Assembly (NCBI GenBank): GCA_965203555.1
Contig: CBDBCY010000004.1
Coordinates: forward strand, 352,001 to 416,000
From: Acidimicrobiia bacterium
Lineage (GTDB): Bacteria > Actinomycetota > Acidimicrobiia > Spongiisociales > ZC4RG35
Direction of reading: 5' to 3'
Length of the DNA stretch: 64,000 nt
How positions within the stretch are numbered: position 1 is the stretch's first letter; every line of letters begins with the position of its first letter. The position numbers and the translations under genes are program-made. Positions 32,153 through 42,216 of this stretch are shown piece after piece. The notes beneath the pieces were generated by a model. It searched no databases, was not told the DNA's origin, and was given only the letters and a program-made list of their open reading frames with translations.

Positions 32153-32748
32153 CGCCGGGGTATGCCGCTCGGCCCCCGACTGGCCCACCAGGCAGCCAGC
32201 GACGCTCCCAGCAGGTTGGCAATCAGGTCCCGCATGTTGTTGGCGTAGTCGCCCACCGGGACCCCCTCCACCCCCAGAGTCGCCAAATACTCACCGACTT
32301 CGATGACGGCGCCCACCGCATTGGCGCCCAGGAAGGCGACCACTGCCGCTTCTTTTCCGCTGCTCGCCCGAAGCATCCAGGAGGTGGCCTCCCAAACGGC
32401 CAACCCGGCTGCACCCACTCCCAATACCTGCACCAGATGGTCGTAGCCCACCCCGCCCCAGCTTTGCTCGTACAGGACCAACCCGTCGAACATCACGTTC
32501 CCACCCGCCATGTGACAGAATCCGGAGACAGAAAGCATCACCAGCACGTGACTCGACAGGCGCGCCCGGCCGTCGACATACATCAGGATGACCCCGGCGA
32601 AAAGCATCCACAGAAGATAGGGAAAGGCCAGCTTGGACCCGGTGGCCAACCCGTACACCGTCCACCCCGTCACGTACGAACCCGAAACCCCAAGGATCCA
32701 CGGATGACGTCTGACGCTCGTCGCGATCCGTGATGTGACCGGATTCAT
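32149..32748 (-). CDS. Membrane protein (DUF2238-like)
   Basis: Several TM helices, HMAGG, YDHLV, IEVGEY, DLIANLLG. Confidence 0.7.
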   Translation of the reverse strand: MNPVTSRIATSVRRHPWILGVSGSYVTGWTVYGLATGSKLAFPYLLWMLFAGVILMYVDGRARLSSHVLVMLSVSGFCHMAGGNVMFDGLVLYEQSWGGVGYDHLVQVLGVGAAGLAVWEATSWMLRASSGKEAAVVAFLGANAVGAVIEVGEYLATLGVEGVPVGDYANNMRDLIANLLGASLAAWWASRGPSGIPRR

Positions 32749-32752
32749 CCAG

Positions 32753-32825
32753 CGCCCTCGGCAGGATTCGAACCTGCGACCTACTGCTTAGGAGGCAGTT
32801 GCTCTATCCCCTGAGCTACAAGGGC
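32753..32825 (-). tRNA. tRNA-Arg(CCT)
   Basis: Minus strand GCCCTTGTAGCTCAGGGGATAGAGCAACTGC-CTCCTAA-GCAGTAGGTCGCAGGTTCGAATCCTGCCGAGGGCG. Confidence 0.97.
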
Positions 32826-32989
32826 GGGGTTGGCGCGTTTTTTGGCGCGTTATTCGTTGTGTTTGTCGTGGGGGGTTGCTTCTGTAGGGTAGTGGGGCGT
32901 CGGGCCGGGGTGGGGTGCTGGTTTTGGTGGGGAGGGGGTGGGTGACAGCCGGGTTTGTGTGGGTTGGGGCGTCTTTGCTTGGAGAGGGG

Positions 32990-34228
32990 CCGGGTTGGAA
33001 TTCCGTCCAGGGCGATTACTTCGGCGACTGCTTGTTTGGCTTTGGGGGTGGTGAAGGTGTGTTGCCCGAGGTTGACGGCTGCTGGTTTGTCTCCTTTGGT
33101 GCGTTGGACTTTGCTGATTGGGATGGCTCCGGTGTCTAGTGTGCGGTCGGCTAAATGAGCGGGGTGTCTGAGAACGACCGGAAGCCGGTTCTCACAGGGG
33201 CTACCCGCAGGGCGCCGCCTACCCGATTGTTTGGCAGACATACCACTAGGAACCGGTCGATGTCGGTGGCGTGCAGGGCCATGTCGTAGACGACCGCCGC
33301 GGAGGCCTTTCCGTAGTTGGGGGTGTCGGTTTAGTAGGCCGAGGACCATGTCGCAGAAGACGGTGGCGTCGCTTTTGCCTGGGGGTTTGAAAGCCGTGCG
33401 TAGGATGATTCGTTCGTTGCGGTAGGGACCGCGTACGCTGGCTAGGACCAGTTGTTGGCCGTAGGCACCCCGAGCGACCGTTCCGGTGGGAGTGTGGTAG
33501 GGAACCGCGTCGGGGTCGAACCGGCGGACCTTCCCGGTTTTCGGGTTGATGATTTGTCGTGAACCGGTCTTGTAAATGGACGGTATCCAGGTGCCGTCAC
33601 CCACAATGAACTGTGTAGTGTCGGGATGGTTGACAGATCCCGTTTCGGCGGATAGCAGGCCCATATGTAAGGTTGCGTCTACTTCTATGCGCTCCACGAT
33701 CAGGTCGAGTTCTTCGAGGATTTCTCCGTGAAGGTACCGTTCTCGGAAACGGTGATGCTGGGATCTGCTGATCGGTTTGTTCGAAAGTCTCCGATGGGGA
33801 TGCCGCGGCCAGGCTTGTGCGACAGTGTCTTGGAGGCGTTGCCAGGTTTTGGGGTCAGAGAAGGTCCTGGCGATGTCTCGACCATTGCCCCGCAGCCCGG
33901 CTGTCACCTCGAACAGCACCGCTTCGAACACTTTGTGTTCCCGCGGGCGGCCGGGTCCACGTGATTTCTCTGTGTCTTTTTCGAGGGCTTCGGCGTACTC
34001 CCACAACAGCCCGAGGCAGGCGTGTGCTTCGATGAGTTCGATGTGGGACAGGTCCAGTGGCTCGCCGTGGACGTTGTGGCTGCCCCCGCTGGACGAACCA
34101 GCCGTGTCCGATGGCCCATCACGGCGTTCCTCTGTTGTGTAGTCGTCTAGGGATGCTTTCACTTCGGAGGCGGGCACCGGTTCGACACCGGAGAAGAACA
34201 CCGACCGGCGGGGTTTCTCATCGGCCAT
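32990..34228 (-). pseudogene. DDE-type transposase-like protein; frameshifted, MITE-interrupted, apparently C-terminally truncated
   Basis: GRPR motif, IVGDGTW (candidate first Asp), RFDPDA, YGQQLV, out-of-frame VVYDMAL (candidate second Asp); degenerates into CA-rich end sequence after LDGIPT. Confidence 0.62.
33140..33245. mobile_element. 106-bp MITE-like insertion with CTAG duplication
   Basis: CTAG at 33136-33139 and 33246-33249; removal restores DIDRFLDTGAIPISKV; weak inverted ends TG....GTC.GC.AAA. Confidence 0.75.
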
Positions 34229-35105
34229 CGTTTCTCCAGTTGTGACCGAGCGCCGCGGCGGTGTTGTCCAACGACGGGGAACCCAAGAACCGTGCCGCGG
34301 TTTCGATCCCATGGGTGTCCAACAATCCGCGGGCGGTGGTTAGCCGGATTGACCGGGCCGACACTCTTTCACGGTCGGACAGTCCCGCGTCGCGGATCAC
34401 ATCCCGAAGGCGCACGGTCACTGAATGCGCGGCCCGTTCCGGTCTGACCCGGCTGGTTACACAAATCAGATGATCCGCGGGGATGGGAGGGCGGTTACGG
34501 ACGAACCGTGCGACTCTGGAAACCCCCCACTCGTCGAGAGGGTTCACCCGCCAAGACGACCCTTCGAAAACGACAGTCGCCGTTTGGAGGTTCACGTCTC
34601 CCATGCGTACCGCGGCGACTTCGGTGGCGGTTCCCCCCGCGAACGAGAACACCACCAGCAACGACCGTCGGGATCCCACCAGCCCAGCGTCCGCATATTC
34701 TCTCACACGGTTTGCCTCTTCGGGGGTCAGCGGACGCGCGGTCGGGGCGCCTCCCAAACGGAGAATGCGCTCCCCGACCAACGCCTCGGTGTCTACCGGT
34801 GCTCCCAGGTCGGAGAACACGTCGAACATAGCTGACGCGATCCACTGGCGGTTCCGAGCGGTGGACTGTGCCGTGCGACGATACTGTCCTTGCCTGTCGA
34901 CGCGGGACACCCAGCACCAATGCGACACCATTTCCGCGGTCACGTCCGACCACTTGTCAACGCCCCGCCCCTGCAAATAGGTCAGCAGCCTCCGAGCGTC
35001 GGCCACGACCTTGTCGGCAGTGCGTGGGTTGGAGGCGTATCGTTGACAAAGCCCTTCCAACACCAGCGGCACCCAACGAGGCAGACAGTCCCGGTCGTTG
35101 CTCAT
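34218..35105 (-). CDS. Tyrosine-recombinase-fold protein with degenerate catalytic residues
   Basis: SAM-like N-domain, RPLTPEE, GGTATEVAAVRMGDV (cf. GxRxxE), SARSIRLT (cf. HxLRH), FLGSPSLDNTAAAL (cf. LGHxxxxxTxxY); overlaps the transposase start by 11 bp. Confidence 0.72.
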   Translation of the reverse strand: MSNDRDCLPRWVPLVLEGLCQRYASNPRTADKVVADARRLLTYLQGRGVDKWSDVTAEMVSHWCWVSRVDRQGQYRRTAQSTARNRQWIASAMFDVFSDLGAPVDTEALVGERILRLGGAPTARPLTPEEANRVREYADAGLVGSRRSLLVVFSFAGGTATEVAAVRMGDVNLQTATVVFEGSSWRVNPLDEWGVSRVARFVRNRPPIPADHLICVTSRVRPERAAHSVTVRLRDVIRDAGLSDRERVSARSIRLTTARGLLDTHGIETAARFLGSPSLDNTAAALGHNWRNDGR

Positions 35106-35457
35106 CGCAAGACTCACGCTTTCCAGCAGGATCCGCATCCACGGTTGCAACACCGCGGTGTCATTGAACAACCTCAGTTGCCGTCCGCAGACGGTGAACG
35201 CGGATCGAGTCCCAAGCCGGCGCAGGTGCTCATGTCCGAAGAGCGAACTAGAGATTTCCTGGGATGCCAAAAACGTGTGGCGATAGTGGAGGTGTCCAAA
35301 TGGGAACATTTCGATGTTCCCGGTCAGTCCTCACCGCTCCCAACAGCTTCTGTCTCCCGGCAACCGATTCACGGGAGGAGCAGATCGAGATCATAATATC
35401 GTCCATTACGGAAGACATTAGAAAGGGGTAGTGACAGGACGACTACCCTTCACCCCA

Positions 35458-35759
35458 ATGTCCAACCCTCGACAAAACCAGCCGCGTTTCTCGCGAAAAA
35501 AACTTGTTTTCCCGAGGGGCCGTTCAGGTCTGCAACCCCGCCGGAGGTCTATTTAGCTGCTGGGTTGGCCACCCGACTCAAAACCAAAATCGGGAACGAA
35601 TCCATACGATACGTTGCAAAAAAAGCCCAGCTCAGCCCTCAAACAGTCCTCAACATTCTCAACGGCACGACCTGGCCCGACCTACGCACCATCGCCAAAC
35701 TAGAAGTCGCTTTGAACACCCGACTATGGGGATACGAACACCGCAAAACCCGCCGCTAA
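35458..35759 (+). CDS. XRE-family HTH regulator, divergent from the recombinase-like gene (1-nt frameshift near the 5' end)
   Basis: SIRYVAKKAQLSPQTVLNILNGTTWPDLRTIAKLE HTH; ATG 35458 joins it with one extra base near the A7 run at 35496-35502. Confidence 0.75.
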
Positions 35760-36320
35760 ACCCACCAACTGAAGCGCCAGCATTTGGACAGCGCCCTTCC
35801 GAGATGGACCGAACCTGCGAGGAAAAGCCGAACGGGTCGTGGCGCCCTTCTGGGACCCTCTGAGACAACTCGGACAACCGGTTCCCCCGGGTCGGGTCCA
35901 TTCCACTAGTTTGACACCCGAGGGGGGTGTCCAACCACGGGGATGCCGGACTGGGTGACCGCCCCCCTCTTTTGCAGGTCGAGAATGTAGGCAACACAAG
36001 GATTTCATGGGGGGACATGAACGAAGGGCTGATGAGCGGGGAGCGCTCGACGCGATCTGCGGCGTGGAAGACGTGATCGGCTGCGAGGCAAACCACCAAC
36101 ACCAACTAAAGTGCCTCGCCACCTGACTCTGCGGGGACATCTCCGGGTCGTCAGCCGGTGAGGGTCACCCCCTTTTGTTCCACGCTTGATTCCTACCTGC
36201 TTGCGCGGTCTTTGTCGATAGGAGACATCACGGCGGGACCGTAAGTCGGGGGTGTGACCGGGGAGGCGGACCCGCCTGGCTATCAACACCAGTAGACGGC
36301 TCACTGACCTTCCCCTCCTG

Positions 36321-36441
36321 CCGTAATCCGTAACGCGTAACAGTCCTTGAATATCCAGAAAAACATAACCCTACGCGGGGAAACGACCAGCAAACAGCCC
36401 GGAGTTCCGTTACAAACCGCTCGGTTGACGTTTCCGTTACA
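36321..36441. repeat. Cluster of short CCGTAAC / TTCCGTTACA motifs
   Basis: CCGTAAT-CCGTAAC-GCGTAAC at 36321-36341; TTCCGTTACA at 36405 and 36432. Confidence 0.55.
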
Positions 36442-36972
36442 CTTCCAAGCCGCCCCAGGCAACCTCCCTGCCGAGTCGGACCCCCCGAGAAGCCAGCACC
36501 GGCCCTTAGCTCCAGAGCATCTTTCTACGTGAAGTCATGCAGATCATGTGATTGTGTGTCGGGCATTCCAGTGCTCAAATCGTTCGTGGGAAGGGCCAGC
36601 CTTAATTTTAGGACAAGTGGGCTGATCCGGCCACGGAACCACCGGCATGGGATGGCCTGTTGGCTCCACGCCTGACCTCGGAATCTAGGCAGGGTTCCGA
36701 AGGTAACCAACATCCAAACTTGGAAGTCTCCACATGGCTTGCAGCCGCTGCCTACGACCCATATCTGCCGTAACGGATGTGTCCTGGGTACCGGAATGTA
36801 ACGTGTCGGATCGCGCCCTTCTGGATTATGCTATGGCCCCGGTGGGAGTCCTACCTACAAGGCGACACCAGTGGCGCCACGAAACGAGGGAGCGGTCAAC
36901 GATCTGGAGGAAAGGACAAAACCTGGTTGAAGTTACGGTTTCACATGAACTCCACGTCCAGAAGGGGGAAGA

Positions 36973-37248
36973 GTGACGACCATCGAGTCGGAGAGGGCCG
37001 TTGTCCCCCCTGAACAGGGAAACCTGGTTCGTGTCCGAGACCGGTTTTGGGTCGTCGAGTCTGTACAGCAATCGACTAACCGGTTAGATGTGACCAGTTC
37101 GAATGGGTGGAATCGCCATCACCTGGTGCGCCTGGTTCCCATCGACAACAAAGGAAGCCCCTCGCCGCTGAGCATCTTTTGGGAGACAGAACCAGGTACC
37201 GAAATCCGACCCCAGTCCGAGTTGCCCGATCCCAGCCAGAGTGTTGAC
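36973..37248 (+). pseudogene. N-terminal fragment of a DISARM DrmD-like SNF2 helicase
   Basis: PEQGNLVRVRDRFWVV..HLVRL..IFWETEPG..LPDP resembles DrmD N-termini; cut exactly at a transposon-end copy. Confidence 0.65.
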
Positions 37249-37295
37249 GGGGTTGGCGCGAAACTGTGTGGGTTTGGGATTTTATGGTAGTGGGG
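37249..37295. repeat. Transposon-end copy 2 (47 bp)
   Basis: GGGGTTGGCGCGAAACTGTGTGGGTTTGGGATTTTATGGTAGTGGGG, 46/47 identical to 55654-55700. Confidence 0.9.
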
Positions 37296-37567
37296 TGGTG
37301 AAGGGAGATCCCGCACCGTCTCGCCGGGAACACGGAGGAGGAACGGATAGTGTTCCATGTGGGCATTGCCCGCTCCCGGAGAGAAACGGTGGTGGCGGCG
37401 GAGACCGGGAACGAGTCGCCTTTCATCTCGGAGGCGCTGGGAAAGAGCAACCTTGAGTCAGCGCTTCCCGACCCGGGTGCCACGGCAACAACTCGGGAGA
37501 TATCGCAGTGGTCATAGCACACGGTTGGAGAATGCGGGCTGGATCTGATCTTCAAGTCGCTCGTGCG

Positions 37568-37596
37568 GCGCTGGGATGCTCAGAGCATCCCAGCGC
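37568..37596. repeat. Perfect palindrome with 14-bp arms
   Basis: GCGCTGGGATGCTC-A-GAGCATCCCAGCGC. Confidence 0.85.
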
Positions 37597-37770
37597 AGAC
37601 CCGACTGGGTACATCAAATTGCAGGGGGTTCGCATCTGTGGGGTACCATCTGGTCGACAACACCCCGGCAGGGATAGAGAGGCATTACGGATCTGATAGC
37701 AGAACTCGGTACCTCGCGTTCTTTCGATCTGTGGGCAGGGTCTGACGGTTCGGAAACGGTCGGTCAGGTC

Positions 37771-40700
37771 GTGGAGAGAATAAGATCGGAAGCCCGCGAC
37801 ACAGCAGAACTGGGTCGATGGTTCTCGAACCTTGTCAGGGTTGTGTTGGTGGACCTCCCCGAGTACGAAATGGAGGAGGTGCATCATTGGGCGGACTGGC
37901 CCGAACGCGAGGCGCTTACCGGTCGCCCTCCATCCGATTGGGGTATTGATCTGGTGGGGCGTCGCACCGATGGCAGTTTCGTCGCCATACAGTGCAAGTG
38001 CTATGACCAGTCCCGCAAGGTCGGGAAGCCGGACACCAACTCGTTTCTGGCCAATTCGCAGTTACCGGTGTTCACGAAACGGTGGATTGTTACCACCAGC
38101 GACTGGACCAAACCAGCAGCTCGGGAAATCGACGGGATGCATCCGCCGGTCGGGCGCATCAACTTTCTCCGGCACTGGGACCATCCGGTGCCAGGCGAGG
38201 CTGCGGAACGGCCCACACAAGCTCTGTACCCGCGGCAAGAGGAAGCTGTCAACAAAGTAGTGGAAGGGTTCGCCCGTCACGACCGGGGCCGTTTGGTGAT
38301 GGCGTGCGGCACCGGGAAAACGTTCACTTCGTTGCGGATAGCCGAACAGATCGTACCGGATGGGGGACGCATCCTGTTCTTGGCGCCGAGCATTTCTCTG
38401 GTGTCCCAGTCAAGGCGGGACTGGTTGACTCACACCCGACGGCGCCTGTCATCCCTGGTGGTCTGTTCGGACACCACAGCTGGAGGCAAGCAGGAAGGGG
38501 ACATGCGCGTTTCTCATCTGGCGTGCGACGTGACCACCAGCCCCGAGGTGATTGCGTCCAAGCTGGACACTTCTGACACGTCCGTCCTTTTTTGCACATA
38601 CCAATCTCTTCCGGTGATTACCGCAGCGCAGGGAGAACACGACGCGCCCCGGTTTGATCTGGTTGTGTGCGACGAGGCTCATCGAACAGCCGGTGCTTTC
38701 AAGGCCGACCCGAGGGTCTTTCAGAGGATCCACTACGAGGAACATTTGAAAGCCGCCAAGCGCCTGTATATGACCGCTACTCCTCGGGTGTACACACCGG
38801 CGTCCAAGTCGTCCTTGGCGGCGAGGAACATAAGCGTTGTGGACATGACCGACCACTCGGTTTACGGACCGCAGTTTGACCGGTTGACGTTCAGAGAGGC
38901 TGTCGAGTTGGACATTCTGAGCGACTACCGGGTGATCGTTCTGCGAGTGCGGGAATCAGCGCTATGGCCCAGCATCCGAGCCGCGTTGGTGTCCCTCGCT
39001 GGCGATTCCGCTCTGAACAGCGGCGGCAAACCCCTCACTGTGACCACCGAAGATCTACAGAGAGTGCTCGGTGCCTCCCTAGCCGTGAACGGGATGGCGG
39101 AGGGTGTCGGTCCCGACGTGCCTGAACGGCTGAACCGAAGCATCGCGTTCGCCAATTCCATTGCAAGGTCCAAGTTCTACGCCAAGGCGTTGGACCATCC
39201 TCTGCTCAAACGGTTCGTGACTCGGAGGCGAAGGCAACGAAGCGCCGGAGCGGAGGCAGCATTGAAAACCGAAGTTCAACATCTCGACGCGAGAAACTCG
39301 TCGTATCAGCGGTTCCAGGCATTAGAGAAACTGCGCAGCGCGGGGGCGGATGGCGCCGCTCGCATCCTGACGAACGTGAAACTGTTCACCGAGGGCGTTG
39401 ACGTGCCGTCGCTCGACGCGGTTGTGTTCATGGAACCCCGCAAGAGCCACATTGACATCGTTCAGGCTGTTGGGCGTGTGATGCGCAAAGCAGAAGGCAA
39501 ACACCTCGGCTACATCATCGTTCCCATCGCGGCCAGCAGCGAAGACTCCCTCAATGAGGTGCTGACCGCTCACCACTCCGAATACCGTGTCGTGGGACAG
39601 GTACTTGCAGCTTTGCAATCCCACGACGAACAACTAATGGAGTCGGTCGCCCAGTATGTGACGATGATTGATGTGGACCGGCAACCTACCTCTGCAAATG
39701 GTGGTGAAACCACCAATGTCACCGACGACGACTGGATCGAAGAGACGCTGCCTCTGACCATCAAGGAAATAGGGGATGTTCTGCGTCCGGTCGTGATAGC
39801 AGCGTCGGGCCTAGGACGCCCCGGCAAACTGGTCACTGACCTGATCGCGGCAGCTGTCCGGGCTGCGGCGTCCGTGCTCGACGAAGCCCGACGGGATGCT
39901 GTGACAGGTGACTTCATCCCACAGTTGTCGGATGCCCTGGGTGTACCGATCGATGACGCTAAGTCGTTGGACACCTGCAAAATGGCCGCGTTGCTGATCG
40001 GGAACGCCTGCCTGCTTCACAAGCGGCTGCGTACCGTGGGACAGTGGTGGGATGTTCTGCCGGACATGTCAACCGTCGCGGTGTCTTCCGATCCCCTTGA
40101 CACCTTGAGAACCGCGTGGAAAACCATCCTGGACAAGGACTATGAACCGGTGTTCGACCCGGCTCTGACGGTGCTCGAATGCCTGCCCGGGTCACAGGCG
40201 GCGGTACAGCACAGCATCAGGATGCTCGCTGAATGCGCCGACAACACAGCTGACACGCTCAGCGAACTCGGCTACGACCACGCCGGACCCCTGTATCACA
40301 ATCTCATGCCTGATTCGCAGGCCAGGGGCGCCTACTACACCAACAACCTCTCCGCTTTGATGCTCGCCCGCCTGGCCATCGGACCGGACTTCGCGGACTG
40401 GCACAACCCAGACAGCATCAGCCGACTGAGGATCATGGACCCCGCATGCGGCACCGGCACCCTGCTCATGGCTTCCCTGAAAACGATCAAAGACAGGGTA
40501 GCCGAAGCAGGGAACACCGCAGACAGCGGTACCGCCTTGCATAAGACCCTGGTCGAGCAAGTGCTATACGGTCTCGACATCAACCAGGTCGGCATACAAC
40601 TGGCCGCTTCCAACTTCACACTGGGAGCACCGACCGTTGACTATCAGCGCATGAACCTGTACACGATGAAACACGGACCCCAACCGGACGGCACGGTCAA

Positions 40701-42216
40701 AGCGGGCACACTCGAGATGCTCACCTACGCCGACGAACATTCCCTGCAAAGCCTCGTCCGACCGACCGGCCCGCGGTCGGGGGTAGACGGCGATCATGTG
40801 GGCGGCGGTGACAGCACCTTCCCCCACAAAGACCTCGATCTGGTCATTATCAACCCACCGTACACACCCAAACATGTTCGCAACCAGCAGTTCACCGACG
40901 ACGTGAAAGATGCGATGCAAGACCACGAACTGCGAATCAGAGACACAGTCGTAGCAACAAATGCCAGCCTGCGAGATGTTGTCGACCCCAACAGCATTCG
41001 CACGTTCTTCACTCCTGTGGTGGAACGCTTAGTCCGAGACACCCAATCCTCACCACCAGAGAACGCGTATCTGGAAGAACACTCCACCGATCCCAGAAGC
41101 AACATCGGGCCGTCACAGCCCACTTTGGCCAAGGTACTTTCGGCTGCAGCCTGCCTAAATGCAGATGGCGTCAGTGAACGCAGGTTCCTGGCGCGGTCTT
41201 TCCACATCGAGCGGATAATCACCTCACACGACCCCAAGCGGGTCAACTTTTCCGAGAACACGAACGTGCATGAGTGTCTGCTGATCGCACGCCGCGCCAA
41301 TCACCCCCCCCCCCACACACACAAGCCGACCGAGTTCGTATCTCTCCGCAAGATGCCCTCCACACCTGAAGAAGCCATAGCAGCAGCAGACCAAGTCTCG
41401 GCGGGTGAACCTTCTTCGTGGGGATCGAGGACACTGTGGCCAGCTGACCGAGTGCAAGATGGCGACTGGGCGCCCGTGCAATGGTACAACTTCGATCTGG
41501 GTAGAGTTGCCCGGCGACTCGGACAGCACGGTGCCCTCGAAGCTGTCGGACAAAGACACTTCGTAGGGCCCACCGGCGAGAACATCGAAAGCACCACCCG
41601 CAGAGTCAGCGAAGACATCCCACCAGATGCCAGACGATGCTTTACATCCATAGCGGTTCGCCACCATCAGACCATGGGTGCCACCCCAGATGCCTGGGTA
41701 GCCGCCAAGCCGGGCAAACAAAACACATTCGACTACTACTGGAACCAGAAGAGCAATGTGCTGGTTGCCAAGCGGTACAGAACAACCTCCAGCCTGCTAT
41801 TGGCCGTGTGGAGTGACACGCCTTCGATAGGTAGAGGCAACGGATGGATGCCCGTAGGCGTTAACGACCAAGCAATGGGCAAGGGGCTGGTTGCGTGGTG
41901 GAACTCGACCCCCGCGACGATGATCCTGCTGAACCGCCGCTCAAAGATGCTGACTTACGTGAAGTGGTCCGTGGGACAGATGCGCTCCATCGGGATTCCT
42001 AAACCAGACAATCCCTCCTGGTCGGCTCTGACCTCGGCGTACGAAGAAGCCAAGAACACACCGATGCTTCCCCTCAAGCAGGGCACCGCCTGCGAAGCCC
42101 GATCAATCATCGACCAAGCAGCTGCTCTCGCGCTCGGTATAGACGGCGAACAAGTGGCCGAGTGGCGACACATGCTCACCGAGGAACCCACGATCTCTAA
42201 CCGTCCAGCCAACTAG
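37771..42216 (+). CDS. Single-polypeptide restriction-modification enzyme, type ISP-like (Mrr-type nuclease, SF2 helicase, N6-adenine MTase, specificity region)
   Basis: GIDLV..AIQCK, MACGTGKT, CDEAHR, TATP, QAVGRVMRK, DPACGTGT, INPPY. Confidence 0.9.
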   Translation: MERIRSEARDTAELGRWFSNLVRVVLVDLPEYEMEEVHHWADWPEREALTGRPPSDWGIDLVGRRTDGSFVAIQCKCYDQSRKVGKPDTNSFLANSQLPVFTKRWIVTTSDWTKPAAREIDGMHPPVGRINFLRHWDHPVPGEAAERPTQALYPRQEEAVNKVVEGFARHDRGRLVMACGTGKTFTSLRIAEQIVPDGGRILFLAPSISLVSQSRRDWLTHTRRRLSSLVVCSDTTAGGKQEGDMRVSHLACDVTTSPEVIASKLDTSDTSVLFCTYQSLPVITAAQGEHDAPRFDLVVCDEAHRTAGAFKADPRVFQRIHYEEHLKAAKRLYMTATPRVYTPASKSSLAARNISVVDMTDHSVYGPQFDRLTFREAVELDILSDYRVIVLRVRESALWPSIRAALVSLAGDSALNSGGKPLTVTTEDLQRVLGASLAVNGMAEGVGPDVPERLNRSIAFANSIARSKFYAKALDHPLLKRFVTRRRRQRSAGAEAALKTEVQHLDARNSSYQRFQALEKLRSAGADGAARILTNVKLFTEGVDVPSLDAVVFMEPRKSHIDIVQAVGRVMRKAEGKHLGYIIVPIAASSEDSLNEVLTAHHSEYRVVGQVLAALQSHDEQLMESVAQYVTMIDVDRQPTSANGGETTNVTDDDWIEETLPLTIKEIGDVLRPVVIAASGLGRPGKLVTDLIAAAVRAAASVLDEARRDAVTGDFIPQLSDALGVPIDDAKSLDTCKMAALLIGNACLLHKRLRTVGQWWDVLPDMSTVAVSSDPLDTLRTAWKTILDKDYEPVFDPALTVLECLPGSQAAVQHSIRMLAECADNTADTLSELGYDHAGPLYHNLMPDSQARGAYYTNNLSALMLARLAIGPDFADWHNPDSISRLRIMDPACGTGTLLMASLKTIKDRVAEAGNTADSGTALHKTLVEQVLYGLDINQVGIQLAASNFTLGAPTVDYQRMNLYTMKHGPQPDGTVKAGTLEMLTYADEHSLQSLVRPTGPRSGVDGDHVGGGDSTFPHKDLDLVIINPPYTPKHVRNQQFTDDVKDAMQDHELRIRDTVVATNASLRDVVDPNSIRTFFTPVVERLVRDTQSSPPENAYLEEHSTDPRSNIGPSQPTLAKVLSAAACLNADGVSERRFLARSFHIERIITSHDPKRVNFSENTNVHECLLIARRANHPPPHTHKPTEFVSLRKMPSTPEEAIAAADQVSAGEPSSWGSRTLWPADRVQDGDWAPVQWYNFDLGRVARRLGQHGALEAVGQRHFVGPTGENIESTTRRVSEDIPPDARRCFTSIAVRHHQTMGATPDAWVAAKPGKQNTFDYYWNQKSNVLVAKRYRTTSSLLLAVWSDTPSIGRGNGWMPVGVNDQAMGKGLVAWWNSTPATMILLNRRSKMLTYVKWSVGQMRSIGIPKPDNPSWSALTSAYEEAKNTPMLPLKQGTACEARSIIDQAAALALGIDGEQVAEWRHMLTEEPTISNRPAN

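Noticed and set aside
32816-34312. 498-aa ORF read as an intact gene running into the tRNA
   Set aside because: It includes an out-of-frame segment, a MITE and low-complexity end sequence; open only by compensation
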